64,000 nt of DNA from Actinomycetes bacterium (GTDB taxonomy: Bacteria > Actinomycetota > Actinomycetes > S36-B12): NCBI GenBank assembly GCA_014190275.1, contig BJGE01000001.1:12289-76288 (forward strand). Reading direction: 5' to 3'. Both the position numbers and the translations under genes were made by a program. Shown piece by piece: positions 29,285-38,710 of the stretch (within the stretch, counting starts at the first letter, position 1; every line of letters begins with the position of its first letter). The notes below the pieces were generated by a model that did not search any database, was not told the DNA's origin, and worked only from the letters and a program-made list of their open reading frames with translations.

Positions 29285-30340
29285 CTAGGAGACCTTCGCT
29301 ACCAATGTCTTGGCCGTGGCAAGCACCTTGCCGGCGACCGGTACATAACCAAGTGATGCAGCGCGGGACGGACCGCACTTCTGCAGCACGTAGTCGAAGA
29401 ACTGGCGCACGCCCAGCCCGTTGGGGCCTCCCCCATCGGTCCGTGCTAGCCCGTAGCTGAAGATCCCGATTGGGTAGGCACCCGAAACCGCTACCTTGTA
29501 GTTGAGCGCAACCAAGCCGTTGGCGCCAACCGCAGTCTGATTCGCCAAGTTCTTCGCGGCGGAGGCAGACGACGGAGCGATGAACTCACCCAGGGCATTT
29601 TGGATACGCGCTGCAGGATAACCCTTGGCATCACCTAGGTCTACGTAGCCGATGGTGCCCTCCTTGGCGAGCACATTCGCCATCACGCCCGAGTTACCCT
29701 TGCCGGCGACCGAGTTGGCCGGTGGTACGCCACCTGGGAAGGCGGTGCCCATGTCATCTTGCACCTTCGGGAAGACAGTCGGAGCCCAAGCATTCATGTA
29801 CTGCAACCAGTTGTTGCTTGTACCAGACGCATCCGAGCGGTATGCGATGGTGATTGGTGTTGCAGGCAAAGACTTGGCAATTCTCGGGTTGTCCTTGAGG
29901 ATCTCCGGGTGGTTCCAGGTCGTGATGGCCCCTGCGAAGATCTTCGCCAAGGTGACCTGCTTCAACTGGATGGACGATCCCAAGGTGCGACCGGTCGTGG
30001 GGTTTTTCAAGTTGATCGGTGCGGTTATTGCACCGCCGATGTCCGGGATGTATTCCCAGCCGAAGGTTGGTGCACCCGAGGAGTAAGCCGAGTCTGACTG
30101 TCCGTAAACAAAGGTTCCTTTGGAAAAGTTACCTTTGCCGGTACCAGATCCGGTGGACGTGTAGGACACAGTGAAGTTGCTCTGTGAGCCGTTGAAGTCC
30201 GCGGCGCACTGCTGCATGAACACATTCGGGAAGGATGCCCCCCCGCCCGAGATATTCTCGGCGGCTTGGGCCGGCGCAGCCAATGCTACCGTGCCGACCG
30301 CGAGTGCACTACTGGCTAGAAGCGCGATTAAGCGACGCAC
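29285..30340 (-). CDS. pstS: phosphate ABC transporter substrate-binding protein
   Basis: Signal peptide, then GGGASFP, TGSGTG, YRSDASGTS phosphate-ligand blocks. GTG start preceded by AAGGAG 7 nt upstream. Confidence 0.93.
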   Translation of the reverse strand: MRRLIALLASSALAVGTVALAAPAQAAENISGGGASFPNVFMQQCAADFNGSQSNFTVSYTSTGSGTGKGNFSKGTFVYGQSDSAYSSGAPTFGWEYIPDIGGAITAPINLKNPTTGRTLGSSIQLKQVTLAKIFAGAITTWNHPEILKDNPRIAKSLPATPITIAYRSDASGTSNNWLQYMNAWAPTVFPKVQDDMGTAFPGGVPPANSVAGKGNSGVMANVLAKEGTIGYVDLGDAKGYPAARIQNALGEFIAPSSASAAKNLANQTAVGANGLVALNYKVAVSGAYPIGIFSYGLARTDGGGPNGLGVRQFFDYVLQKCGPSRAASLGYVPVAGKVLATAKTLVAKVS

Positions 30341-30434
30341 TATGTACTCCTTAGAGTTGAAGTTAACAACATGGGAAGGGTAATCAACGCCGGTGAATCC
30401 ACCCTGTCTCTATGGCGAAACTCGCTGGACTTTT

Positions 30435-30462
30435 AGGTGAACAATCCATGTACAGGTGAACA
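30435..30462 (-). promoter_or_regulatory. candidate PHO-box-like direct repeat upstream of pstS
   Basis: AGGTGAACA at 30435-30443 and 30454-30462 (TGTTCACCT on the pstS coding strand), 95-120 nt upstream of the pstS start. GTTCACC resembles actinobacterial PhoP/RegX3-type boxes. Confidence 0.35.
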
Positions 30463-30467
30463 GCGGG

Positions 30468-31313
30468 TTAACCGAACCTGCCATTTACGTAGTCAAGGGT
30501 ACGCTGCTCCTGCGGATTACCGAAGATTTCTGTTGTCGCCCCCTGTTCAACCACGTGTCCCGGGGTGCCTTCTTCCGAAAGAAAGAATGCGGTGTAGTCG
30601 GAAACACGGACCGCTTGCTGCATGTTGTGCGTGACAATGATGATGGTGACCTCTTTCGAGAGTTCGCGAATCGTCTCTTCGATTTTCAAGGTCGACGCCG
30701 GGTCCAAAGCCGAGCACGGCTCATCCATCAAAAGCACATGTGGCTGGACTGCCAGCGCCCGCGCAATTACGAGTCGCTGCTGCTGGCCACCGGATAAATC
30801 ACCGGCCGCATTGCCGAGGCGATCCTTCACCTCGTTCCATAGGCCGGCTGCGGTGAGGGTCTCCTCGACAATGTCGTCGTGATTAGCACGCTTCATCCCC
30901 GAGAGCTTCAAGCCAGAGAGCACATTGCCACGGATAGTCATGCTGGGGAACGGGTTCGGCTTTTGGAAGACCATGCCGATCTGCAGGCGAATATGTACCG
31001 GATCCACGGCGGCGTCGTAGATGTCCTTGCCTTCATAAAGTACCGACCCGGCCAAAGCGGCCCCCGGTATTAGTTCATGTAGGCGGTTCAGGGTACGTAT
31101 GAAGGTCGACTTGCCGCAACCTGATGGGCCGATGAGCGCAGTCACCGTGTTCTTGGGGAAGGCGATGTTGACGCCTTCCAGCACCTTCCGCTGCCCGAAC
31201 CAGACGCTGACGTCACGCGACTCCATCTCGGTTGGGCCCGCCGGGTGGGCGGTTGAGGCCTCAACGCCCTCGATGTCTAGGTCCATAACATCCTCAAACT
31301 CAGCAGTTGACAT
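30468..31313 (-). CDS. pstB: phosphate ABC transporter ATP-binding protein
   Basis: Walker A GPSGCGKST, signature LSGGQQQR, Walker B LLMDEP. Confidence 0.97.
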   Translation of the reverse strand: MSTAEFEDVMDLDIEGVEASTAHPAGPTEMESRDVSVWFGQRKVLEGVNIAFPKNTVTALIGPSGCGKSTFIRTLNRLHELIPGAALAGSVLYEGKDIYDAAVDPVHIRLQIGMVFQKPNPFPSMTIRGNVLSGLKLSGMKRANHDDIVEETLTAAGLWNEVKDRLGNAAGDLSGGQQQRLVIARALAVQPHVLLMDEPCSALDPASTLKIEETIRELSKEVTIIIVTHNMQQAVRVSDYTAFFLSEEGTPGHVVEQGATTEIFGNPQEQRTLDYVNGRFG

Positions 31314-31325
31314 GGGCTTCGCTTC

Positions 31326-32408
31326 CTATCGTCCGACACGCCCACGCCCGATGATGCGGGCTAGGGTAAACAAAATGGCAACCAAAATGATTAGCACTAA
31401 GGCCGATCCCCAAGCCCTGGCAACCGCATCGGGGTACGGGAGGGCGACATTGTTGAAGATATAGGTCGGCACCGATGAGATCGGCGAGCCGAACGGATTC
31501 ACCACTGTCTGGTCGTTATTACCGGCCGCCAACAGCAAGGGAGCGGTCTCACCAATAACCCGGGCCACCCCGAGAATGATCGCCGTGATGATTCCGGTGC
31601 GGGCGGCCGGAATCACAACTCTTAGTACGGTTCTAGCCCTAGTGGAGCCGAGCGCTAGCGCCCCGGTGCGCAGATCATCGGGCACCAACTTGAGTACTTC
31701 TTCGGCGGTTCTGGCAACCGTCGGCAACATCAAGATTGCATAAGCCAGCCCGCCGGCAAATGCACTCTGATTGAAGGCACCGGTTGCCACCACTATTGTC
31801 AAGATGAAAAGACCGGCAACCACAGATGGCACACCGCTCATGGCCTGAACGAAAAAGCGAACGTATGGAACTGCTCGGCCGCGAACTTCGGTGATGTAGA
31901 CAGCGGTAGCGATACCGATCGGCACCGAGATTAGCGATGCGATGAAAACGATGAGCAGCGTGCCAACCAGTGAGTGTCCGATACCGCCGTAATCCAATGG
32001 CGTACTCGGGCTGATGTAGACGCTGTTTTGAAAGAGGAAGTGGGGGCTAACAGCTCGCAAACCGCGAACGATCAGTGACCCTATGATGGATACCAAGACG
32101 ATCACACTGAACAGGCTTGCACCAATGGCATTGACGATTATCACGGAATCGGCAATGCCGCGGGTGCCTTTAGTCGCCCACGCTGCTATTCCTGATGCAA
32201 TCAGCTGCAGCGGTAGATAAATTACGACAAGCAAGATCGGCACCGGGATGTCGCTGGTCAGATAGAGAGCGGAGACAATAAGTGCAGGGATGACCACCGC
32301 CAAGGTCACCGAAGCGGTGAACCTGTTTGGCTTTTTGCGCCACGGGCGCGTGGACTTTTGCTGCTGCAGGCTCTCCAAAGTCTCCGGGTCAAAAGTTATG
32401 GTGCTCAT
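31326..32408 (-). CDS. pstA: phosphate ABC transporter permease PstA
   Basis: Multi-TM permease with an EAA-like loop, located between pstC and pstB. Confidence 0.92.
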   Translation of the reverse strand: MSTITFDPETLESLQQQKSTRPWRKKPNRFTASVTLAVVIPALIVSALYLTSDIPVPILLVVIYLPLQLIASGIAAWATKGTRGIADSVIIVNAIGASLFSVIVLVSIIGSLIVRGLRAVSPHFLFQNSVYISPSTPLDYGGIGHSLVGTLLIVFIASLISVPIGIATAVYITEVRGRAVPYVRFFVQAMSGVPSVVAGLFILTIVVATGAFNQSAFAGGLAYAILMLPTVARTAEEVLKLVPDDLRTGALALGSTRARTVLRVVIPAARTGIITAIILGVARVIGETAPLLLAAGNNDQTVVNPFGSPISSVPTYIFNNVALPYPDAVARAWGSALVLIILVAILFTLARIIGRGRVGR

Positions 32409-33376
32409 TTTTGCAACCGACCCGTCCGGCTCACAATTAGGTTGGCGATGACGTTAACAACCAGCGTCATGATGAAAAGGAAGAAACCCGCGGCCAGGAG
32501 CAACTGCAATTCGAGGGGGCCGGACACCTCGCCGAAGCGGCTAACGATCAGGGTCGCCACCGAACCGCCGCCTGACTCAATGACTTTATCCCAGTTGGTC
32601 TCAAAGACAATTTTGAGTACGAAGAATACCGCGATGGTCTCACCGAGTGCGCGCCCAAGGCCCAGCATCACTCCGCCGACAATGCCGCCCCGCCCATAAG
32701 GCAGTGCCACGTATCGCAGCATCGTCCAAAGTGAGCAACCAAGAGCCTCTGAAGCATTGATGAGATCCGGTGGCGTACGACTTAGCACCTCTCGGGTGAC
32801 CGCGGTGATGATCGGAATCATCATGATCGCGAGCACAAATCCGGCGATGAATGGGGTTCCCAGAAAGTTACCCGAAGTATTCTCGAAAATCGGAATCCAC
32901 CCGAGGTACTTGTTGAGCAGCACCTGCCACTCTTCGGCCGTCGGGTTCAGGATGTAGAAAGCCCACAAGCCCAAAATCACTGATGGGATTGCTGCCATCA
33001 GGTCGATCAGGTTGGTGAGTACTTTCGCAAGGCGAGGAGGAGACAAGAACACCATGAAAACGGCCAGTAGTAACGACGCAGGTACCGCGATCACCAAGCC
33101 GATGACCGCTAGCAGCACCGAGCCATAGAGCATGCCGAAGATGCCCACGGTCGGCGGGGTGGTGTTGATATCCCAGCCCGTTGTCGTAAGGAACGCCCAG
33201 CCCTGGGTCTGGAATGCCGGAATCGCCTGTAGGCCCAAGAAGATGGCTATCCCCGCCAAGACCGCCAGGGAGGTAAAGGCCGCCCCCGCTACCGTCCGGC
33301 TAAATACCCGATCGCCACGATGTGAGGTAGCCGCGGACTGAAGATCGCGAAGCTCCATCTGGGCCAAATTCGCCAT
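32405..33376 (-). CDS. pstC: phosphate ABC transporter permease PstC
   Basis: Multi-TM permease (GRALGETIAV EAA loop). 4-nt overlap with pstA. Confidence 0.92.
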   Translation of the reverse strand: MANLAQMELRDLQSAATSHRGDRVFSRTVAGAAFTSLAVLAGIAIFLGLQAIPAFQTQGWAFLTTTGWDINTTPPTVGIFGMLYGSVLLAVIGLVIAVPASLLLAVFMVFLSPPRLAKVLTNLIDLMAAIPSVILGLWAFYILNPTAEEWQVLLNKYLGWIPIFENTSGNFLGTPFIAGFVLAIMMIPIITAVTREVLSRTPPDLINASEALGCSLWTMLRYVALPYGRGGIVGGVMLGLGRALGETIAVFFVLKIVFETNWDKVIESGGGSVATLIVSRFGEVSGPLELQLLLAAGFFLFIMTLVVNVIANLIVSRTGRLQK

Positions 33377-33440
33377 GGCGTAAGTGTCGTGAAACCATGT
33401 TTCCGAATTACCCGCAATTAGAAACCAAAGCTTTAACAGA

Positions 33441-33462
33441 TGATGAACGGATAGTGAACGAG
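33441..33462 (-). promoter_or_regulatory. candidate PHO-box-like direct repeat upstream of pstC
   Basis: TGAAC at 33444-33448 and 33455-33459, exactly 11 bp apart (GTTCAC/GTTCAT on the coding strand), 68-83 nt upstream of the pstC ATG. Confidence 0.4.
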
Positions 33463-33532
33463 TTTTTCAGGAGCACCCGATCCGGTTCGAGCTGAGCGAT
33501 CCAAGTGAACACCGGGCTTCGAGTCAGGACCC

Positions 33533-34024
33533 CTAGTGCTGGCCGCCCCGGATCTGATCCAAGGCATGTAGCAAGGTCGGCTCAAGGGCCACTGCAGCAT
33601 CATGGGCCCCACCAGCGGACCCGGGCACATTGATGATCAAGGTGCGCCCGGCCAGGCCTGCTAGTCCCCGGGATAAGGAGGCGGTTGAGATACCGGCGGC
33701 AATACCCTGGGCCCGGATAGCCTCGGAGAGCCCGGGTATCTGGCGATCCAAAAGCGGCGCCGTCTGTTCGGGGGTGAAGTCGGTTGGGCTGAGCCCGGTG
33801 CCGCCGGTGGTCACGATCAGGTCGAATCCTGAGTCAATCCCGGACCGTAACGCCGCTCCGACCGGGTCACCGTCCGCGACAATAACCGGCCCTTCGACTG
33901 CGATACCGAGTGCACTTAAACCTGCGACGAGAATTGGTCCGGACGTATCCTGCCAAACACCGGCCGCGGTGCGCGTTGAGACTGTAATAACCAGTGCTCG
34001 GTAACTCACCGGCCCCGCACCCAA
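33533..34024 (-). CDS. mog: MogA/MoaB family molybdopterin adenylyltransferase
   Basis: VTTGGTG motif and MoCF_biosynth domain pattern. Confidence 0.88.
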   Translation of the reverse strand: MGAGPVSYRALVITVSTRTAAGVWQDTSGPILVAGLSALGIAVEGPVIVADGDPVGAALRSGIDSGFDLIVTTGGTGLSPTDFTPEQTAPLLDRQIPGLSEAIRAQGIAAGISTASLSRGLAGLAGRTLIINVPGSAGGAHDAAVALEPTLLHALDQIRGGQH

Positions 34025-34485
34025 TGCCCCGAACGACCCCCCTGCTTTTCAATAAGTTCGACGCTGGAAATTGAAGCCATTCGATCCACGCCTTTCACCA
34101 TGTCGATCAGCGCTAGCGCCGCCACTGAAACCCCAGTGAGAGCTTCCATTTCAACCCCGGTCCGATCAGCAGTGCGCACGGTGACCGTGATGTCAACCCC
34201 AGCGTCAACCACGAGTAACTCCACCTCCACCGCGTGGATGGCGAGGGGATGGCAGAGCGGGATGAGATCTGGGGTGCGCTTGGCTCCTTGGATTCCGGCG
34301 ATGCGAGCAACCGCTAAGGCGTCACCTTTTGGGACACCAGCGCCGCGCAGCATGCTCACCACCTCGGCAGAGATTGAAACCTGCCCGCGCGCGGTTGCTG
34401 AGCGCACGGTGACTTCCTTCGTGCTGACGTCAACCATCCTTGCGTCACCTTGGTCATTTAAATGCGTGAACGATTTTTCCGTCAT
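34006..34485 (-). CDS. moaC: cyclic pyranopterin monophosphate synthase
   Basis: KGDALAVARIAGI...IPLCHPL core. ATG at 34485 lies 2 nt after the moeA stop. Confidence 0.95.
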   Translation of the reverse strand: MTEKSFTHLNDQGDARMVDVSTKEVTVRSATARGQVSISAEVVSMLRGAGVPKGDALAVARIAGIQGAKRTPDLIPLCHPLAIHAVEVELLVVDAGVDITVTVRTADRTGVEMEALTGVSVAALALIDMVKGVDRMASISSVELIEKQGGRSGHWVRGR

Positions 34486-34487
34486 GT

Positions 34488-35702
34488 TCACCAATTCCTC
34501 AAATCGATGACGTCAACGGTAGCGCCCGCCGCCACCGATGCTTGGCCGGCTGGGATAACAATAAAGCAATCGGCCTGCGAGAGCCCACCGACCGCATGGG
34601 AGCCTTGACCGCGCACCGGGGCGACCGTCGCCTTTTGCGCCCCGCCGAATTTGGCGCGCACGAACTGGCGCTTAGCCGGGGGTGAGGCCAGCTCCACCTC
34701 GCAGATGGCCTGCACATAAGGCCGGTAAATTTCCTGGTGCCCTTGCATTGTGCGAATCACCGGGCGCACAAAAGTCTCAAACGAGACGTAAGCGCTGACC
34801 GGATTGCCCGGCAGGGTAATGATGGGCGTGCCATTCGGCCCAATGCGCCCGTGGCCCTGGGGCATTCCCGGGTTCATGGCGACTTTCGTAAAAGTGACAG
34901 TGCCGAGTTTGCTTAGCACCGCCTTGACGGTGTCGTAGGCGCCCATGCTGACACCGCCGCTGGTGACGATTAGATCTGCAAAGTGCAATTGATCTTCAAG
35001 TGTTGACATGAAGACGCCTTCGTCGTCAATCACAGGTGGCACCCTAAATGCCACCGCACCCGCCTCCTGCGCCGCCGCGACCAGCAGAAAACTATTCGAA
35101 TCGGTAATCAGTCCCTTTCGCAATTGCGTACCCGGCTCGACCAGTTCACTGCCGGTTGAAATCACCACCACCCGCGGCTTTGGATGCACCAGCACCGAGC
35201 CTTTACCCACCGAGGCAAGTAGTGATAGCTGCCTCGAGGTCAGATAGGTGCCCGGGCGCATCACCACCTCACCCAGCAGTACATCCTCACCCGCCAACCG
35301 AATATTCGCACCGCTACTCACGGGCTCATTTATCTGCACGAGGTCGGTGCCACCGTCGGTCTTCTCCACCGGCACGACGGCGTCGGCGCCCTCGGGCATC
35401 GGCGCTCCGGTCATGATGCGGATCGCGACCCCCTGCACCACAACCTCGGTGGCTCGAAAGCCCGCCGGCACATCGTCAACCACCGTCAATTGCACCGGGT
35501 GCTCGCCGGTGGCGCCGGCTAGGTCAGCCGCGACCACCGCGTAACCATCCATCGAGGAGTTGTCGAAGGAAGGCAGTGGCCATGGAGCCGAGACCTCGGT
35601 GGCCAGGACGCAGCCATGGGCATCAAGAAGTGGCATTTCAATGGGCGCCAGCGCCTTGACCCCCGCCAATACCTGAGCCCGGTAATCCTCAACGCTGAGC
35701 AT
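34488..35702 (-). CDS. moeA: molybdopterin molybdenumtransferase
   Basis: MoeA N/linker/MoCF/C-terminal domain pattern (TSGGVSMG). Confidence 0.93.
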   Translation of the reverse strand: MLSVEDYRAQVLAGVKALAPIEMPLLDAHGCVLATEVSAPWPLPSFDNSSMDGYAVVAADLAGATGEHPVQLTVVDDVPAGFRATEVVVQGVAIRIMTGAPMPEGADAVVPVEKTDGGTDLVQINEPVSSGANIRLAGEDVLLGEVVMRPGTYLTSRQLSLLASVGKGSVLVHPKPRVVVISTGSELVEPGTQLRKGLITDSNSFLLVAAAQEAGAVAFRVPPVIDDEGVFMSTLEDQLHFADLIVTSGGVSMGAYDTVKAVLSKLGTVTFTKVAMNPGMPQGHGRIGPNGTPIITLPGNPVSAYVSFETFVRPVIRTMQGHQEIYRPYVQAICEVELASPPAKRQFVRAKFGGAQKATVAPVRGQGSHAVGGLSQADCFIVIPAGQASVAAGATVDVIDLRNW

Positions 35703-36924
35703 GGCTTAAGCCTATGGGTTTACCAGCGGACTCAAGTTTTGGTGAGCGGTCAACGGACGAAGCGCCGATCGCCCGCACCACATCTTCCAGCGCCTGCACC
35801 GAATGTCCACTGACAAAGGTGTCGACATAGGGCAAGGCCGCAGCCATTCCGCCGGCTAGCGGCTCAAAAGATGCCACCGCTTTTCGTGGGTTGACCCAGA
35901 TAATGTGGTGGGCGAGCCGCGAGAGTCGCTCCATTGCGATCCGCACCAGTGCCGGATCCTCAATCTCCCAGCCATCAGAAATTATTACCAAGACGGCCCC
36001 ACGCGCAACGCCGCGCCGCCCGTAATCATTAATGAAACGCATCAAGGTTTCACCTATTCGAGTGCCACCTGACCAGTCCGGCGCCGCCGCCGCCGCCTTT
36101 CGATAGGCAACATCTGGATTATTAATTGCCAGCGCCCGGGTTAGCCTGGTCAGCCGGGTGGCAAATACAAATGCCTCCGCACCAATCGCGAGCACTCCAC
36201 CCCTTGCCAGGTGCAGATATACCCGGGCGTATGGCTCCATGGAGCCGGAGATGTCTGCGATGAAGACGATGCGGCGAGGGCGGGGGACCCGAGCGCGCTT
36301 GACCAGCTTTACCGGGTCACCACCGGTTCGGTGGGACCCTCGCAATGTCTTGCGGATATCCAGGCGCCGACCGGCACTGTGCGATCTTTCGCGCCGCCCT
36401 TTGCGCATCGGCGGTACCAACGGCAACTGCTCGACCAACTGCCTAATTAGCAGTAACTCCTCCTCGGTAACCGCCGCAAAATCCTTATTCGAAAGCCGCT
36501 CATCGGTGCTCATTGCCGCGAGCATGCTCGCCTCGTCTGCGCCATCATCATCATCGCGGGCACCGGGGGTGGCGTTGGTTCCGCGCGGATTGTTATTTGA
36601 CTCCCCGGTGCGCTCGGGGTCTCCTGGCTTGCGCTCACCGGTCGGAGCGGCGGCCGGTGGAGCTTGATTTGCGCTTTCACCACGAAAGTCAGCCATATCA
36701 ATGATGCCACGAAATACCTGAGCAAAGCTCCGGTCATATATATCGATCTGCTCATGAGCCGTAATCAGGGTTACCCGACCCAACCAATACAGCTGTGTCA
36801 GGTCTTGCGGTGCTGCGAGGGTGATGGCGGCTGCGAATCTCGCACTCCGCTCAGGAGTAACCGGCACACCGGCGGCATGAAGTAAGTGGCCGAATGAGGC
36901 CGCAATCTGCGCGAGCTCAGCCAC
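35689..36924 (-). CDS. coxE: VWA domain protein, CoxE-type CODH maturation factor
   Basis: MIDAS DISGSM and VWA fold. GTG start overlaps the coxD stop by 8 nt. Confidence 0.85.
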   Translation of the reverse strand: MAELAQIAASFGHLLHAAGVPVTPERSARFAAAITLAAPQDLTQLYWLGRVTLITAHEQIDIYDRSFAQVFRGIIDMADFRGESANQAPPAAAPTGERKPGDPERTGESNNNPRGTNATPGARDDDDGADEASMLAAMSTDERLSNKDFAAVTEEELLLIRQLVEQLPLVPPMRKGRRERSHSAGRRLDIRKTLRGSHRTGGDPVKLVKRARVPRPRRIVFIADISGSMEPYARVYLHLARGGVLAIGAEAFVFATRLTRLTRALAINNPDVAYRKAAAAAPDWSGGTRIGETLMRFINDYGRRGVARGAVLVIISDGWEIEDPALVRIAMERLSRLAHHIIWVNPRKAVASFEPLAGGMAAALPYVDTFVSGHSVQALEDVVRAIGASSVDRSPKLESAGKPIGLSHAQR

Positions 36925-37801
36925 CCGCGACCCAGGCGTAGCCTTGATCTCGCACTAACTCCTGGTCTTCACGATATTTCAGCACCGACCCCAAGGTCTG
37001 CGACACCGCCTCAGCGCTCAACTGCTCGACCCCCAACAGCACTGCTGCGTGCACCCAGTCAATGGCCTCGGCGACTCCGGGTGGCTTTTGCACATCTAAG
37101 CCGCGCAATCGCTGCACCGCACCCGCAATCTGAGCCGCGAGCTCTGGCGAGGCTTCCGGCACCCGCAACCGCACAATTGCGACCGCGTGCTCAAGGCTCG
37201 GGTAGTCGATCCAGTGGTACAGGCAGCGTCGTTTCAGCGCGTCATGCAGATCCCGAGTTCTATTCGAGGTCAAAATCACGACCGGCGGGATGGTGGCCCG
37301 CAGGGTGCCGATCTCCGGAACAGTCACGGTCGACTCAGCCAGCATCTCGAATAGAAATGCCTCAAACTCCTCATCAGCACGATCGATTTCGTCGATCAGC
37401 AACACCGCAGGGTTTGGGCCCCGATGTTCGAGGGCTTGCAGGAGGGGGCGTTCCACCAAGTACTCGCGACTGAAAAGGGACTCTTCGGCTAAATCTGATC
37501 CTCGCGCCTCAGCAAGTCTAATCCCAAGCAATTGCCTCGGATAGTTCCACTCATAAAGTGCTTCAGAGGCATCAATCCCTTCGAAGCACTGCAGCCGGAT
37601 CAGCGGGGTGTCGAGCATTGTTGCGAGTGCTTTTGCAGCTTGGGTTTTACCTACCCCCGCTTCGCCTTCGAGCAATAGCGGCTGCGGCAGGCGCACCGCG
37701 CAAAACAAAGACGTGGCTAGGCCGATCTCGGTCAGATAATCCTGCTCGGCCAGCCCTGCCATCAAATCCTGCGGTGATCCGATTTTGTCAGCGATGCTCA
37801 C
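36917..37801 (-). CDS. coxD: MoxR-type AAA+ ATPase, CoxD-type CODH maturation factor
   Basis: Walker A GEAGVGKT, Walker B LLIDEIDR. GTGA overlap with the upstream gene. Confidence 0.9.
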   Translation of the reverse strand: MSIADKIGSPQDLMAGLAEQDYLTEIGLATSLFCAVRLPQPLLLEGEAGVGKTQAAKALATMLDTPLIRLQCFEGIDASEALYEWNYPRQLLGIRLAEARGSDLAEESLFSREYLVERPLLQALEHRGPNPAVLLIDEIDRADEEFEAFLFEMLAESTVTVPEIGTLRATIPPVVILTSNRTRDLHDALKRRCLYHWIDYPSLEHAVAIVRLRVPEASPELAAQIAGAVQRLRGLDVQKPPGVAEAIDWVHAAVLLGVEQLSAEAVSQTLGSVLKYREDQELVRDQGYAWVAGG

Positions 37802-38703
37802 ATCACTCCCGCGAACTTAGCCGGATCAGTTAGGAATTTCTCCTTGCAGCCAAGGCAGCAGAAGTACCAGCGGGCACCGTCATGATCTGCGTGAATGCTC
37901 GTTGCTACGGCAGCAACACTCATGTGGCAAATCGGGTCAACGGCCTCCTCGGCACCGGACACCGTCACCATCGCCACCACGCCCTCCTGTTGCGACGCGC
38001 GCCGTTGCTCAATTATCTGGGCAAAGATCGACACCGCGATCTCTTCGGGGGATTGCGCACCGATATTCAAGCCGGCGGGGGCATGAACACGAGCCCGCAT
38101 ACAGGTGGTGACATCAAGGGAATCAAGTACCGCGGACCCTCGCTTCGGGCTGGCGACCAGGCCTATGTATGGGACATTTGCCTTTAGCGCGGCAATTATC
38201 GCGGCCTCCTCGTCGTCGCCATGCGAGGCAAGAATTACCGCATCAACATTGGTCAGCGGGCCACTCACCCACGGCGCCACCTCGTAACCCAAGGTCGAGC
38301 CGATAACGGTTAAGGCCTGAGCAATCGGGCTGTTACCAAGTACTCGAATAAGTGGCGCTGGAAAAACCGGCTCCATAAAGATCTCCAATGTGCCACCGGA
38401 AAGGCATGGGTTGTGGACGACCAACTTGCCATGCTGGTCAGCTTCAGGGGTTGGAGCAATTCGTAGCAGCACGCAGTTGCCAGTGCTCAAAGCCGCGAGT
38501 CCTTGGGCGCGCACCGTTGCCTCAGCGCATTGCCCACCGACAAAACCCAACATTGTTCCGTCACCGAGGATCAGGGCTTCATCACCAGGCTTTGCCGAAG
38601 TCGGCTTCTCTGCAAACACAACACGGGCATGCACGAAAGGGATCCGATTAGCAGAAAGCTGCTCGGCCCTTTCGCGCACCGCCCGTCTTGTCATGCTCCG
38701 CAT
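37798..38703 (-). CDS. XdhC/CoxI/CoxF-family maturation protein fused to a C-terminal YHS metal-binding domain
   Basis: XdhC N-domain (FVHARVV...GFVGGQCAE), a Rossmann-like domain, then DPICHMSV...WYFCCLGCKEKFLTDPAKF (YHS/TRASH pattern). ATG at 38703 chosen, 8 nt after the coxL stop. Confidence 0.85.
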   Translation of the reverse strand: MRSMTRRAVRERAEQLSANRIPFVHARVVFAEKPTSAKPGDEALILGDGTMLGFVGGQCAEATVRAQGLAALSTGNCVLLRIAPTPEADQHGKLVVHNPCLSGGTLEIFMEPVFPAPLIRVLGNSPIAQALTVIGSTLGYEVAPWVSGPLTNVDAVILASHGDDEEAAIIAALKANVPYIGLVASPKRGSAVLDSLDVTTCMRARVHAPAGLNIGAQSPEEIAVSIFAQIIEQRRASQQEGVVAMVTVSGAEEAVDPICHMSVAAVATSIHADHDGARWYFCCLGCKEKFLTDPAKFAGVM

Positions 38704-38710
38704 TCTTTCG

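Noticed and set aside
35689-37801. MoxR AAA+ ATPase plus VWA protein pair as a possible stand-alone novel or defence-type module.
   Set aside because: They are translationally coupled inside the coxMSL operon and correspond to the known CoxD/CoxE maturation factors.
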